From the NCBI RefSeq assembly GCF_004010195.1, contig NC_057756.1, positions 10,289,129 to 10,349,981 on the forward strand: a stretch of DNA of 60,853 nt, in the 5' to 3' direction. The stretch is from Chiloscyllium plagiosum (taxonomy: Eukaryota). The notes beneath the pieces are model-generated. The model ran no database searches and was not told the origin of the DNA. It worked only from the letters and a program-made list of their open reading frames with translations. Within the stretch, counting starts at the first letter, position 1, and each line of letters opens with the position of its first letter. Shown piece after piece: positions 1 through 11,142 of the stretch. The position numbers were made by a program, and so were the translations under genes.

Positions 1-494
1 CCCCCTCACCTTAAATGCATGCCTCCGAGATTCAAACAATTCAATTTTGGGAAGAATGATTCTGACCGACAACCGTATCTGTACATCTCATAATTTTACA
101 GACTTTTAACAACAAGCTGAGTTTTGCTAGCCACTCCTTATAGCTCCTACCCTCTCATCCAGGCAGCATCCTGGTAAACCTCATTTCAAGTTTTGTGGTG
201 CTTTTGAGAACCACAATCACTGCATTTATATGGCAATAAGTTAATCGAATTAATAGGTTTGTGATAAGTATAATTTCAATTTCCCCTCTGGATTAAACAG
301 CTTTTGTCAAAACTGACGACCCAGAGAATATTACATGCTTAATATGAAAATGTTATAAATGTGAAAGCCAATATGATTGAACCGTGAGATATTGGAGAGA
401 ATTGAACGTCCTTCAAGGGACCACCATTAGTCTTTAGGATGAGGCGTGTACATCAAAATTCAACAGAATTAACCCCTTGAGTTCAAATATTTAC

Positions 495-518
495 CTTTGC
501 CCCCAGTTTTGCCAGCTG
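495..518 (-). CDS. Candidate 24-nt phase-1 micro-exon, (A/T)AGKTGGK
   Basis: catctcttttacag|CAGCTGGCAAAACTGGGGGCAAAG|gtaaatatttgaactcaaggggttaa; NAGNAG acceptor; intron start resembles that of the 5678 unit. Confidence 0.5.
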
Positions 519-1211
519 CTGTAAAAGAGATGAACTTATGTTAATGTTTGTTACACAAGATCCAAAAGATTTGAATATTTCAGAACAGTCAGTGCAGACC
601 CTGAGGCATTCACCTCTGCTACAAGAACTCATCCGACTCTCAGTGTGATCAATTTTTAAAAAATTAACCCTTGGGATGTGGATATGACTGGTTGGGCCCA
701 GAATGTATTACTCATCCCCAGCTGCCCCTTGAGAAGTTGGGGTGAGCTGCCTTCTTGAACTGCTGCAGTCCATGCAGCTGTAGATAGACCCACAAACGCC
801 TTTCAGGAGTGGATTCTAGGATTCTGACCCAGCGACACTGAAGGAACGGTGATATATTTCCAAATCAGGATGATGAGGGACCTGGAGGGGAACCTGTAAG
901 GGCTGGGGTTCCTGCTCCCAGTTCTTAAATTCGAAATGCCTGAGACACAAATATCTCGACATTAAAAGTTTTTCTTGATGAACCGCATGCGTGTTGTCAG
1001 TGGGATGCAGAGATTTTTATGATGTTGGTCTGAAGATAATAATTTCAAAAAGATAAAATCGACACAGTGAGTAGTTTGCTGACGCACAATTGAGTGCAGG
1101 TGAGTAGTTGAATAATGTAGAGAAGGGAAGTTGTGTTTACAGATTCAGACTGCCTTACAATGCTCAAATTAAAGATCGAGTTACAGTGAGACTGATTAAA
1201 TCCAAACTTAA

Positions 1212-1235
1212 TCAAGCCGGGTGGTAATTCATCCC
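1212..1235 (-). other. Micro-exon-like 24-nt unit, (G)DELPPGL, with a non-canonical donor (TTAAGT instead of GTAAGT)
   Basis: ctatcttgtccacag|GGGATGAATTACCACCCGGCTTGA|ttaagt. PPGL is conserved with synonymous changes (CCA CCC vs CCT CCT) relative to the 4747 unit. Confidence 0.45.
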
Positions 1236-1278
1236 CTGTGGACAAGATAGATCAGTGTCAATATAGCTCGCAGAAACC

Positions 1279-1930
1279 CTACAGTGTGCAAACAGGCCAT
1301 TCAGCCCATCATGCCCACACTGATCCACTGAACAGCATCCCACACAGACCCACCCCATTCCCATAACTTCGCATTTCCCCATAGCTAACCCACATAACCT
1401 GAACATTCCTGGACACTACGGGACAATTCCCCATGGCTAACCCACTTGACCTGAACATCCCTGGACACTAAGGGGAAATTTTGCATGGCCAATCCACCCT
1501 AACCTGAACATCCTTGAACATGATAGGACAATTCTTCCATGGTCAATCCACCATAACCTGCACATCCCTGGGCACTATGGGACAATTCTTCCAAGGTCAA
1601 TCCACCATAACCTGCACATCCCTGCACACCATGGGACAAATTCCCGTAGCCAATCCACCCTAACCTGCACATCCCTGAACATGATAGGACAATTCTTCCA
1701 TGGTCAATCCACCATAACCTACACATCCCTGGACACTATGGGACAAATTCCCAAAGCCAATCCACCCTAACCTGCACATCCCTGGACACTATGGGACAGT
1801 TTCCTATAGCCAATCCACCCTAACCTGCACATCCCTGCACACCATGGGACAAATTCCCATCGCCAAACCATCCTGATCCTCACATCTATGGACTGTGGGC
1901 AGAAACCCAGATTGCCTGGAAGAAACCAAC
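1279..1930 (-). mobile_element. HE1-type SINE with an internal ~53-bp tandem expansion
   Basis: About ten copies of ccaccctaacctgcacatccctggacactatgggacaatt...atggccaat between the SINE tail and core. Confidence 0.8.
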
Positions 1931-3159
1931 TTGGAACAGAGATAATTATAGGGAATCAATCAGAAACAAATATCTGTACATAACTGGAGCAATGACTGTC
2001 AATACCATCAAACATGTGGGGAAACAGAGTGTCAATTTCTCATGTTGTAACATCATACTTCCCCTGTAGCCCCTCCCTGAACCTACCCACATCCCTCCCA
2101 ATGCAGCAGAAAGGGCACAATTTACTTCCCTCCCTGAATAAGAACAGAACATGTAGGAGAAACTCAACAGGTCTGGCAGCATCTGTGGAGAGAGATCTGC
2201 TTGGGTCTGAGCAAGGTGGGCTGCAGAGGAACCCGTGGCAGAATCAGGTGAGGTGCTCAGAGAGACCAAGTGTGACGTTGTGGGAGGGTGCACCTCATGC
2301 CATTTGTTGCCAGGTGGTATGGTGAGCTTCCCACTGGGCAACGGCACAAGTAAATAAATGGTCAACTCCATTCTTAACACCACCACTCGCCTCGTTAACA
2401 CATTCAACATGCCACCTCACCGATCTGAGGGAGACACTGAGCAATCTGTATTGCAAGGCCCATCAGTAATTAGTATTGAAAGACTGCAGCAGGAACATCT
2501 GACACACAGGGATAGACTCCCAACTCACGCTGGGGTTGGACAATCTACTCCCTTAGCACTCACTCACTCAGTGCCCACCTCCATGATAGCTGCATCCATA
2601 CCTTCCCTTCCCTCATCGGGCCATCCTGTCTCTCACTGTGCCCACCTTCCCCTCACTGTGACCTCTCTTCACTCCCTTTAGCTTGCCTTCTCCCGCAACC
2701 CCTTGCCTTCCCACACCATCCCTTGCCTTCATTCCCCATCCCTTGCCTTGCCTTGCCTTACCCTGCCCCCACCATGCCATAGCCAATGGCTATCAGTAAT
2801 GCTGCATTGGCCAGTTCTTTTGCACAGATGTGAGGAGAAACAGCTGGTTAGTAGAAAGCTCTCCGNNNNNNNNNNNNNNNNNNNNNNNNNNNNNNNNNNN
2901 NNNNNNNNNNNNNNNNNNNNNNNNNNNNNNNNNNNNNNNNNNNNNNNNNNNNNNNNNNNNNNNNNNNNNNNNNNNNNNNNNNNNNNNNNNNNNNNNNNNN
3001 NNNNNNNNNNNNNNNNNNNNNNNNNNNNNNNNNNNNNNNNNNNNNNNNNNNNNNNNNNNNNNNNNNNNNNNNNNNNNNNNNNNNNNNNNGAGGTGCAGAC
3101 CATCAAGGAGTGTTAGGGGATCAGCTCACATTATGAGTGGGAATTGCAGCCTGTGTTAC

Positions 3160-4090
3160 TGTCATAGAGTCATACAGCATGCAATCAGACCCAACTCATC
3201 CATGCTGACCAGGTTTCCTAACCTGAACTAACCCCATTTGCCAGGACTTGGCCCATATCCCTCTAATCCCTTCCTATTCAAGTACCTATCCAGATGCCTT
3301 TCAAAACCTGTCACTGTATCAGACTCCATCACTTATTCTGGCACCTCATTCCATATACGCACCACCCTCTGCGTGAAAATGTTGCCCCTCAGGTCCCATT
3401 TAAATCATTCCCCTCTCACATTAATCCTATACCCTCTAGTTCTGGACTCCCCTACACTGGGGAAAAGACTTGAAGACATGTGACAATGAAATCGAATTCT
3501 AATTCTAATTATAATTCTAATTCTGATTCTGTCTATCTCTTGTGCCACTTTCAAGGAACGATGTATCTGCACTCCTGGGTCTCTCTGTTTGGCAAAACTC
3601 TCCAGGGCCCGAACATTAAATAGCTCAGTCCTGTCCTGAGTTGTCTCAGCAAAATGTGACACCTCATATGTATCCAAATTAATCTCCATCTGCCAAGCCT
3701 CGGCCAATTGGCCCAATGATTAAGGTCATGTTGGACTCTTGGATAACATTCCTCACTGTCCAGCATGCCACCAAGTTTGATGACATCCACAAATTTACTT
3801 ACCGTGCCTCCTATATTCTCATCCAAGTCATTGAGATAAGTGACGAACCAATAGTTGACCCAGCACTGACCCTTGTGGCACGCCACTGCTCAGAGGCCTC
3901 CAGTCTGAAAAGCAGCCCTCTCCCACCACCCTCTGTCTTCTACCATCAAGCCAATGTTGGATCCAATTGGCAAGCTCTCCCTGAAACCTGTGTAATCTAA
4001 CCTTAACACCAGTCTACCATATGGTACCTTATCGAAGGCCTTGCTGAAGCCCATGGTGACAATGCCAACCACTCTGCCTTCATCTATCTT
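3160..4090 (-). mobile_element. CR1 LINE fragments (RT C-terminus and 3' UTR)
   Basis: Degenerate FSKAFDKVP, YLNDLD..SKF.D..KLGG and WQME motifs, plus a CR1 3' tail. Confidence 0.85.
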
Positions 4091-4723
4091 CTTTTTTTTT
4101 AGTTGATTCATTGGATGAAGCTGTCTCTCGCTAGGCCAACGTTTTATTGCCCAACCCTAATTGCCCAGAGGGCCGTTAAGATGTAGGTTTGCTCGCTGAG
4201 CTGGAACGTTCTTTCCCAGACGTTTCGTCACCCTACTCGATAATATCTTCAGTGGGCCTCCGGGCGGGGCACTGCTGATAATAGGTAAGAGTAAACAACA
4301 TTGCTGAGGGTCAGGGGTCACAAGTGGACCACACCAGATAAAGATGGCAGTTTTCTTCCCTAAAGGATGTGAGTGACTCAGATGGGTTTTTCCAACAATC
4401 AACAATGGATTCATGGTCATCATTAGATTCTTAATTCCAGAGTATTTTTGATTTAATTCAAATTTCATCATCTGTTGTGAGGGGGATTCGAACCCAGGTC
4501 CCTCCAGAACATTACTAAGCTCTCGGGGATTAACAGCTGATGATAATGCTGCCAGGTCACCACCCTCCCCTTGGTCACCTCATTTCCCACAAGTCGTCTT
4601 TCTCCAGTCATCAGAAAACAGCCCGGGTCTCTGGACTAATAATCCAGTGAGAACAGCACTCGGGTATCGCACCCCACGTGAAAGGTTAGAGCAGGATTGA
4701 TGAAGTTGAGCAAAGACATTTAC

Positions 4724-4747
4724 CCAAGCCAGGAGGTATCCTCGCTC
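4724..4747 (-). CDS. Candidate 24-nt phase-1 micro-exon, (G)ARIPPGL
   Basis: ctctctctcttccgtag|GAGCGAGGATACCTCCTGGCTTGG|gtaaat; strong polypyrimidine tract; PPGL shared with the 1235 unit. Confidence 0.55.
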
Positions 4748-4880
4748 CTACGGAAGAGAGAGAGCCACATTACTTTTGAAATGAAGGTTTCAAGACAATG
4801 CGCTCAATGCATTCAAACTTGGATCACTTCATTTGTAAACTCATGGAACACCTGCATCACACCCAATGTCTGTCACTCAC

Positions 4881-4904
4881 CCAATCGCTAATAAATCAGT
4901 GACC
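4881..4904 (-). other. Micro-exon-like unit of 24 nt with an in-frame TAG in phase 1 (or a 7-nt exon 4887-4881)
   Basis: actgcattgacag|GGTCACTGATTTATTAGCGATTGG|gtgagt; ends TTG G like the 4747 unit and shares a 17-bp upstream flank with the 5678 unit. Confidence 0.3.
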
Positions 4905-5658
4905 CTGTCAATGCAGTCTATTTACATTGACAAGGGAATAGATCTTAAATGTCGGACCTTGGGAAGCATTGAAGATCGAAGGGAACTTGGTGTGCAGCAG
5001 TCCCTTAGGGTATCAAGGTAAGTGGATAAAGTGTATAAGAATGCATTGATGTACTTGTCTTTAACACTCAAGGCTTTTATTATGAGGAAGGAGGTGATGC
5101 TGGAACTGTATAGAACATTGGGTTTGGCCACAGCTCGAGGATTGTGTGCAGTTCTGGAATCCACATCACAGGAGGGATACAAATAGCACTGGAGAGGGTG
5201 CAGAGGAGGTTCACCTGGATGTTCTGTGGACTGTTTCAATTATAAAAAGAGATTTAGTGTAGGCTCGGCAGACTGACCATGCTAAAATTGCCCAAAATGT
5301 CCAAGAATGCATAGGCTAACCAGGGGATATGCAGGGTTACGGAGACGTATTTCCAAGTCGGGATGGTGAGGGACTCGGAGGGGAACTTGCAGAGGATGGT
5401 GTTCCCATGTACCTGCCGCCCCTTGTCCTTCGAGATGGAAGTGGCCATGGGTTTGGAAGGAGCTGGTTGAGGATCTTTGGTGAGTTTCTGCAGTGTATCT
5501 TGTCAGCTAATATGACTAAGCCATGCAATGTTGTAGAGAATTGACACATGTTTGGAATTATGAATATTTTTTCTCTCAAACTCCCTGCAGTTACAATTTA
5601 TGATAAATCACAGGTATCAAAATTAAACTAAGTTAAACCCCTGAATTAAATTCATTAC

Positions 5659-5678
5659 CATAGAAGGTTTCCCACCTC
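5659..5678 (-). other. Micro-exon-like unit of 20 nt, (G)GGKPSM; not frame-preserving, possibly decayed
   Basis: tctgcttattgcacag|GAGGTGGGAAACCTTCTATG|gtaatgaatttaattcagggg. Exon and intron start align with the 7058 unit (gtaattattttaattcagcg). Confidence 0.4.
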
Positions 5679-5840
5679 CTGTGCAATAAGCAGATTGGTG
5701 CCAACATCCTTGACAAGGGAATAGATTTGATCAGATTATTGTCATGTACCGAGATACACTGAAAATATTGTTTGGCCAAATCATACCTTGGGCACATTAA
5801 CTCAATCAAAGCATAGTCAGATACACACAGGAGCACTTAC

Positions 5841-5852
5841 CAGATTGTATGT
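5841..5852 (-). CDS. Candidate 12-nt phase-1 micro-exon, (D)IQS
   Basis: tagtttgtctcag|ACATACAATCTG|gtaagt; consensus donor, frame-preserving length. Confidence 0.45.
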
Positions 5853-5877
5853 CTGAGACAAACTAATCTAACCACAT

Positions 5878-6100
5878 CATTTGGAGATGTCGGTGTTGGA
5901 CTGGGGTGTACAAGTTAAAAATCACACAACACCAGATTATAGTCCAACAGGTTTAATTGGAAGCACTAGCTTTCGGAGCGTCGCTCCTTCATCAGGTGGT
6001 TACTCCATCACAATCCCCTGATGGAGGAGCGACGCTCCGAAAGCTAGTGTGCTTCCAATTAAACCTGTTGGACTATAAACCGGTGTTGTGTGATTTTTAA
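5878..6100. mobile_element. Short palindromic Penelope-derived element with a 10-bp TSD
   Basis: Inverted arms 5913-5996 and 6017-6102; direct repeat ctaaccacat at 5868-5877 and 6101-6110. Confidence 0.8.
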
Positions 6101-6977
6101 CTAACCACATAAGTTATACACACATTATTTCACCTTAATCATTTTTCATTCATTTTCGGGAATATTCCATTTGTACAGTTTGCAGGGAGATATGCAAATA
6201 GACAAAAAAGCTCGCAATGAAATATAAGGTGCAAAAACCTGAAGTTGTTCATTTTGGAAGGGTGAACAAAAGAATAAAGTGTTATTTAAATGAGGGAAAT
6301 TCTCTCTCTGTTCAGTGGCCGTGCATTATCATAAATTAGACATTATCAGAGGATTTTCATAACTTATTTGTTGCCCAGTAGAAGTTGAGTATGGACTGGT
6401 TAATGAACACATCTCAAACCACAATAGAAATGCGTGTGTTTAGCAACTCTGTGAGATTTCAATCCATCTGTGTCAAGCAGAGCCAAACAACGTGCAAATG
6501 GAATCAACTCGATCAGGTTAAAGCAAAATACATTTAGTTGCAGCAATAAGAACTTTGAGCTCCTTGTAAGGAACAAGCACATCTTTATCAAGTTGAGGGT
6601 ATATTCATTCCTGCTCATTCACATAAAGGACAAAGTAATATGTGCTTAGTGTATCTCAAGCAGATGAAGTAATATCAATGACCCACATGAAAGAGCAGGT
6701 AATTCATACAGGCAGAGAGTTGGAATAGTTTGTTGCATGGAAAGAGGCCCTTCAGCCCATCATCTCAGTGACAGTATTTAAGCAACTATCTACTCAAGGT
6801 AAATGAGAACTTTCCCCAGCATTTTAATTTGGGTATGAGTTGGAAGTGTTCATCGAAATACTTCTTAAAGGTTGTGACGATCAACTGACTTGCTCTTGCG
6901 GTCTGTGATACTTCTATCTCTTAGATTTGCAGGCACTAGACTTTTTGATGAACCATATTGTATCAATGTGGAACAAA

Positions 6978-7049
6978 TTTACATCGCTGAATTAAAATAA
7001 TTACCAGGAGGTTTTTACATCGCTGAATTAAAATAATTACCAGGAGGTT
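6978..7049. repeat. Exact 36-bp tandem duplication
   Basis: tttacatcgctgaattaaaataattaccaggaggtt x2; overlaps the donor of the 7058-7041 micro-exon. Confidence 0.92.
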
Positions 7050-7058
7050 TTGCGACTC
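7041..7058 (-). CDS. Candidate 18-nt phase-1 micro-exon, (R/G)VAKPP
   Basis: tctttctcttctacag|GAGTCGCAAAACCTCCTG|gtaatt; homologous to the other micro-exon units. Confidence 0.5.
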
Positions 7059-9470
7059 CTGTAGAAGAGAAAGATTTGTGTTAACCTTCTCTGGAATTGG
7101 ACATTTGAACACCATTACTTCAGAGCCAGCATCATTCTACAGATTAAAGAGCGCTGATTGGACTGTACACGTGATAGATTCATCTAACAGTATCATCCAC
7201 ACAGCTTAAAGTGTGTCTCTCAATCATTATCTGGGATAGATTCCACTGGCAGCAAATGTTTATCTGTCATTTACTCTATTGAAAATATAAAACCTGATTA
7301 AGAGGGAGTTGCAATAAAAGTTCTGACACACTGTACAATAGGCACAGATAAAATGATCCAACTCGCTAAACTTTCTGCGCGGCAACAAAGAGATTTGCAA
7401 ATTGTAATTTGGTAGATGTAAAAAACCTGAATATTTTTGTAAAAGATACATCAGCTAGAGGCTTTTTGCCTTGCACTCATCTGGACATTTTGCAAGAATG
7501 CAAACTCAAGAGGAAAACCAATATTTGCACTGCAGAAAAGTTCTGATTGGTTGGCGAGCACTCTTTATCTTAACAGNNNNNNNNNNNNNNNNNNNNNNNN
7601 NNNNNNNNNNNNNNNNNNNNNNNNNNNNNNNNNNNNNNNNNNNNNNNNNNNNNNNNNNNNNNNNNNNNNNNNNNNNNNNNNNNNNNNNNNNNNNNNNNNN
7701 NNNNNNNNNNNNNNNNNNNNNNNNNNNNNNNNNNNNNNNNNNNNNNNNNNNNNNNNNNNNNNNNNNNNNNNNNNNNNNNNNNNNNNNNNNNNNNNNNNNN
7801 NNNNNNNNNNNNNNNNNNNNNNNNNNNNNNNNNNNNNNNNNNNNNNNNNNNNNNNNNNNNNNNNNNNNNNNNNNNNNNNNNNNNNNNNNNNNNNNNNNNN
7901 NNNNNNNNNNNNNNNNNNNNNNNNNNNNNNNNNNNNNNNNNNNNNNNNNNNNNNNNNNNNNNNNNNNNNNNNNNNNNNNNNNNNNNNNNNNNNNNNNNNN
8001 NNNNNNNNNNNNNNNNNNNNNNNNNNNNNNNNNNNNNNNNNNNNNNNNNNNNNNNNNNNNNNNNNNNNNNNNNNNNNNNNNNNNNNNNNNNNNNNNNNNN
8101 NNNNNNNNNNNNNNNNNNNNNNNNNNNNNNNNNNNNNNNNNNNNNNNNNNNNNNNNNNNNNNNNNNNNNNNNNNNNNNNNNNNNNNNNNNNNNNNNNNNN
8201 NNNNNNNNNNNNNNNNNNNNNNNNNNNNNNNNNNNNNNNNNNNNNNNNNNNNNNNNNNNNNNNNNNNNNNNNNNNNNNNNNNNNNNCCAACCTTCTCCAG
8301 CTGTGCCACCCTCAGCCATCTCACTCAATCCCTTCCTGCCTCACATTCCTGGAGGAAATGACCTGTAATAGGGCAGACAGAGCTGGAACTGGTGGTGTCA
8401 TTCCCAATGTTCAGCTGCTCATCCTGCTGTGCAGATAGAGTCCTGGTGCAGACTGGCAAGGACTGAGATAGCTCACATGAACAATCCAAGTCCTGGGAAC
8501 CAAGGATGATTCATTGCACATCGCCCTGAAACCCTTCCACTACCCCGTACTGTGAAAGTACTGTCATCGTGCCTGTGTATTTACCCCTTGTTTACAAACC
8601 TGAAACGACAGGAAACTTCAGCACTATCTCTGTGACTGAAAGTTCTAAGTCACAAGGTGTCTCCATGCGTTTGCCAGGCATGGGCTGGCACATGGATCAG
8701 TCGTAAGCAGGCGCAGTGCACAGTAACACGCCCACACTCCTTCGACTCTTCACCATAACAACCCCTCCTTAATATCATGCCCGCGCTACAGGACAAGTCA
8801 TGACAGAGATACTGTCAGAGCTGCCTCATCACAAGACATGGGCAAGGCAAGGATGCTGTGAGACTCCAGGCAGGGGCACTGCGAGAGAAAGTGAGTGAGG
8901 GGGCCTTGAGTTGTAGGCTGGTGCAATACATGGGATCGGTGCCAGTCCCTCTTGCAAAGTGTCCTGGCAGNNNNNNNNNNNNNNNNNNNNNNNNNNNNNN
9001 NNNNNNNNNNNNNNNNNNNNNNNNNNNNNNNNNNNNNNNNNNNNNNNNNNNNNNNNNNNNNNNNNNNNNNNNNNNNNNNNNNNNNNNNNNNNNNNNNNNN
9101 NNNNNNNNNNNNNNNNNNNNNNNNNNNNNNNNNNNNNNNNNNNNNNNNNNNNNNNNNNNNNNNNNNNNNNNNNNNNNNNNNNNNNNNNNNNNNNNNNNNN
9201 NNNNNNNNNNNNNNNNNNNNNNNNNNNNNNNNNNNNNNNNNNNNNNNNNNNNNNNNNNNNNNNNNNNNNNNNNNNNNNNNNNNNNNNNNNNNNNNNNNNN
9301 NNNNNNNNNNNNNNNNNNNNNNNNNNNNNNNNNNNNNNNNNNNNNNNNNNNNNNNNNNNNNNNNNNNNNNNNNNNNNNNNNNNNNNNNNNNNNNNNNNNN
9401 NNNNNNNNNNNNNNNNNNNNNNNNNNNNNNNNNNNNNNNNNNNNNNNNNNNNNNNNNNNNNNNNNNNNNN

Positions 9471-11012
9471 TTAACTACAGGGCAACTAATAACAGGGCAA
9501 CTAACAGGGCAATTAATAAAGGGCAAATTAATAACAGGGCAATTAATAACAGCGCAATTAACAACAGGACAATTAATAACAGGGTAGTTAACAGGGCAAT
9601 TAACAACAAGGCAAATAATAACAGGGCAATTAATATCAGGGCAATTAACAACAGGGCAATTAAGTACACGGTAATTAATAACAGGGCAATTAACAACAAG
9701 GCAATTAACTACAGGGCAATTAACAACAGGGGGCAGTTAACAACAGGGCAGTTAACAACAGGGTAATTAATAACAGGGCAATTCATAACTGGGTAATTAA
9801 CAACAGGGCAATTAATAACAGGGTAATTAATAACACTGTAATTAATATCAGGGCAATTAACAACAGGGTAATTAAGTACACGGTAATTAATAACAGGGCA
9901 ATTAACAACAGGGCAATTAATAACAGGGCAATTAATAAGAGCAATTCATAACAGGGTAATTAACAACAGGCAATTAACAACAGGGCAATTAATAACAGGG
10001 TAATTAATAACACGGTAATTAATATCAGGGCAATTAACAACAGGGCAATTAAGTACAGGGTAATTAATAACAGGGCAATTAACAACAGGGTAATTAACAG
10101 CAGGGCAATTAACAACAGGGCAAATAATAACAGGGCAATTAATAACAGGGCAACTAACAGGGTAATTAATAACAGGGCAATTAACAACAGGGCAATTAAC
10201 AACAGGGCAATTAACAACAGGGCAAATAATAGGGCAATTAATAACAGGGCAACTAACAGGGTAATTAATAACAGGGTAATTAACAAGGCAATTAACTACA
10301 GGGCAATTAATAAAGGGCAATTAACAGGGCAATTTACAACAGGGTAATTAATAACAGGGCAATTAACAACAGGGCAATTAATAGAGCAATTAATAACAGG
10401 GCAATTAATAACAGGGCAATTAACAAGGCAATTAATTACAGGGTAATTAATAACAGGGCAATTAACAGGGCAATTAATAGAGCAATTAATAACAGGGCAA
10501 TTAATAACAGGGCAACTAACAACAGGGCAATTATAAACAGGGCAATTAACAGGGCAATTAACAGGGCAATTAATTACAGGGCAACTAACAACAGGGCAAT
10601 TAATAACAGGGCAATTAACAACAGGGCAATTAACAACAGGGCAATTAATAACAGGGAAATTAATAACAGGGAAATTAATAACAGGGCAATTAACAAGGGA
10701 ATTAACTACAGGGCAATTAATAAAGGGCAATTAACATCAGGGTAATTAATAACAGGGCAATTAATAACAGGGGAATTAACAACAGGGGAATTAACAACAG
10801 GATAATTAATAACAGGGCAACTAATAACAGGGGAATTAACAACAGGGTAATTAATAACAGGGCAACTAATAACAGGGAAATTAACAACAGGGTAATTAAT
10901 AACAGGGCAATTAACAACAGGACAATTAATAACAGGGTAATTAATAACAGGGCAATTAATAACAGAAAAATTAACAACTGGGTAATTAATAACAGGGCAA
11001 CTAATAACTGGG
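9471..11012. repeat. AT-rich 12/15-bp minisatellite (aattaataacagggc)n
   Basis: About 100 variant units running into a gap; source of the CPVIN/LLIAL pseudo-ORFs. Confidence 0.95.
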
Positions 11013-11142
11013 CTAAAGGGATTGAAGGGTGTGAGGGAGAAACAGGGGACTGAGGTGGATGATCAGCCATAATTGTACTGAATGGTGGAACAGGAGAGAA
11101 TGCTCTGCTCCTGTTCCTATTTTCAATGTTTCTTGGCCTTAC

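Noticed and set aside
2200..2865. GC-richer non-CR1 sequence here and at 8287-8970, possibly a DNA-transposon remnant
   Set aside because: No recognisable transposase motif or terminal repeats visible, and both pieces are cut by gaps.
8585..8599. 15-nt exon-like unit (tttcag|GTTTGTAAACAAGGG|gtaaat); similar 18-nt unit at 7136-7119 and 15-nt AT-donor unit at 7245-7231
   Set aside because: The first two have stops in phase 1, the third lacks GT, and none resembles the PP/KP units. They cannot be distinguished from chance splice-like matches.
7471..9766. Long ORFs of 170-300 aa (also around 2703-3231, 22112-23241 and 28310-29008)
   Set aside because: Their length comes from N runs translated as X.
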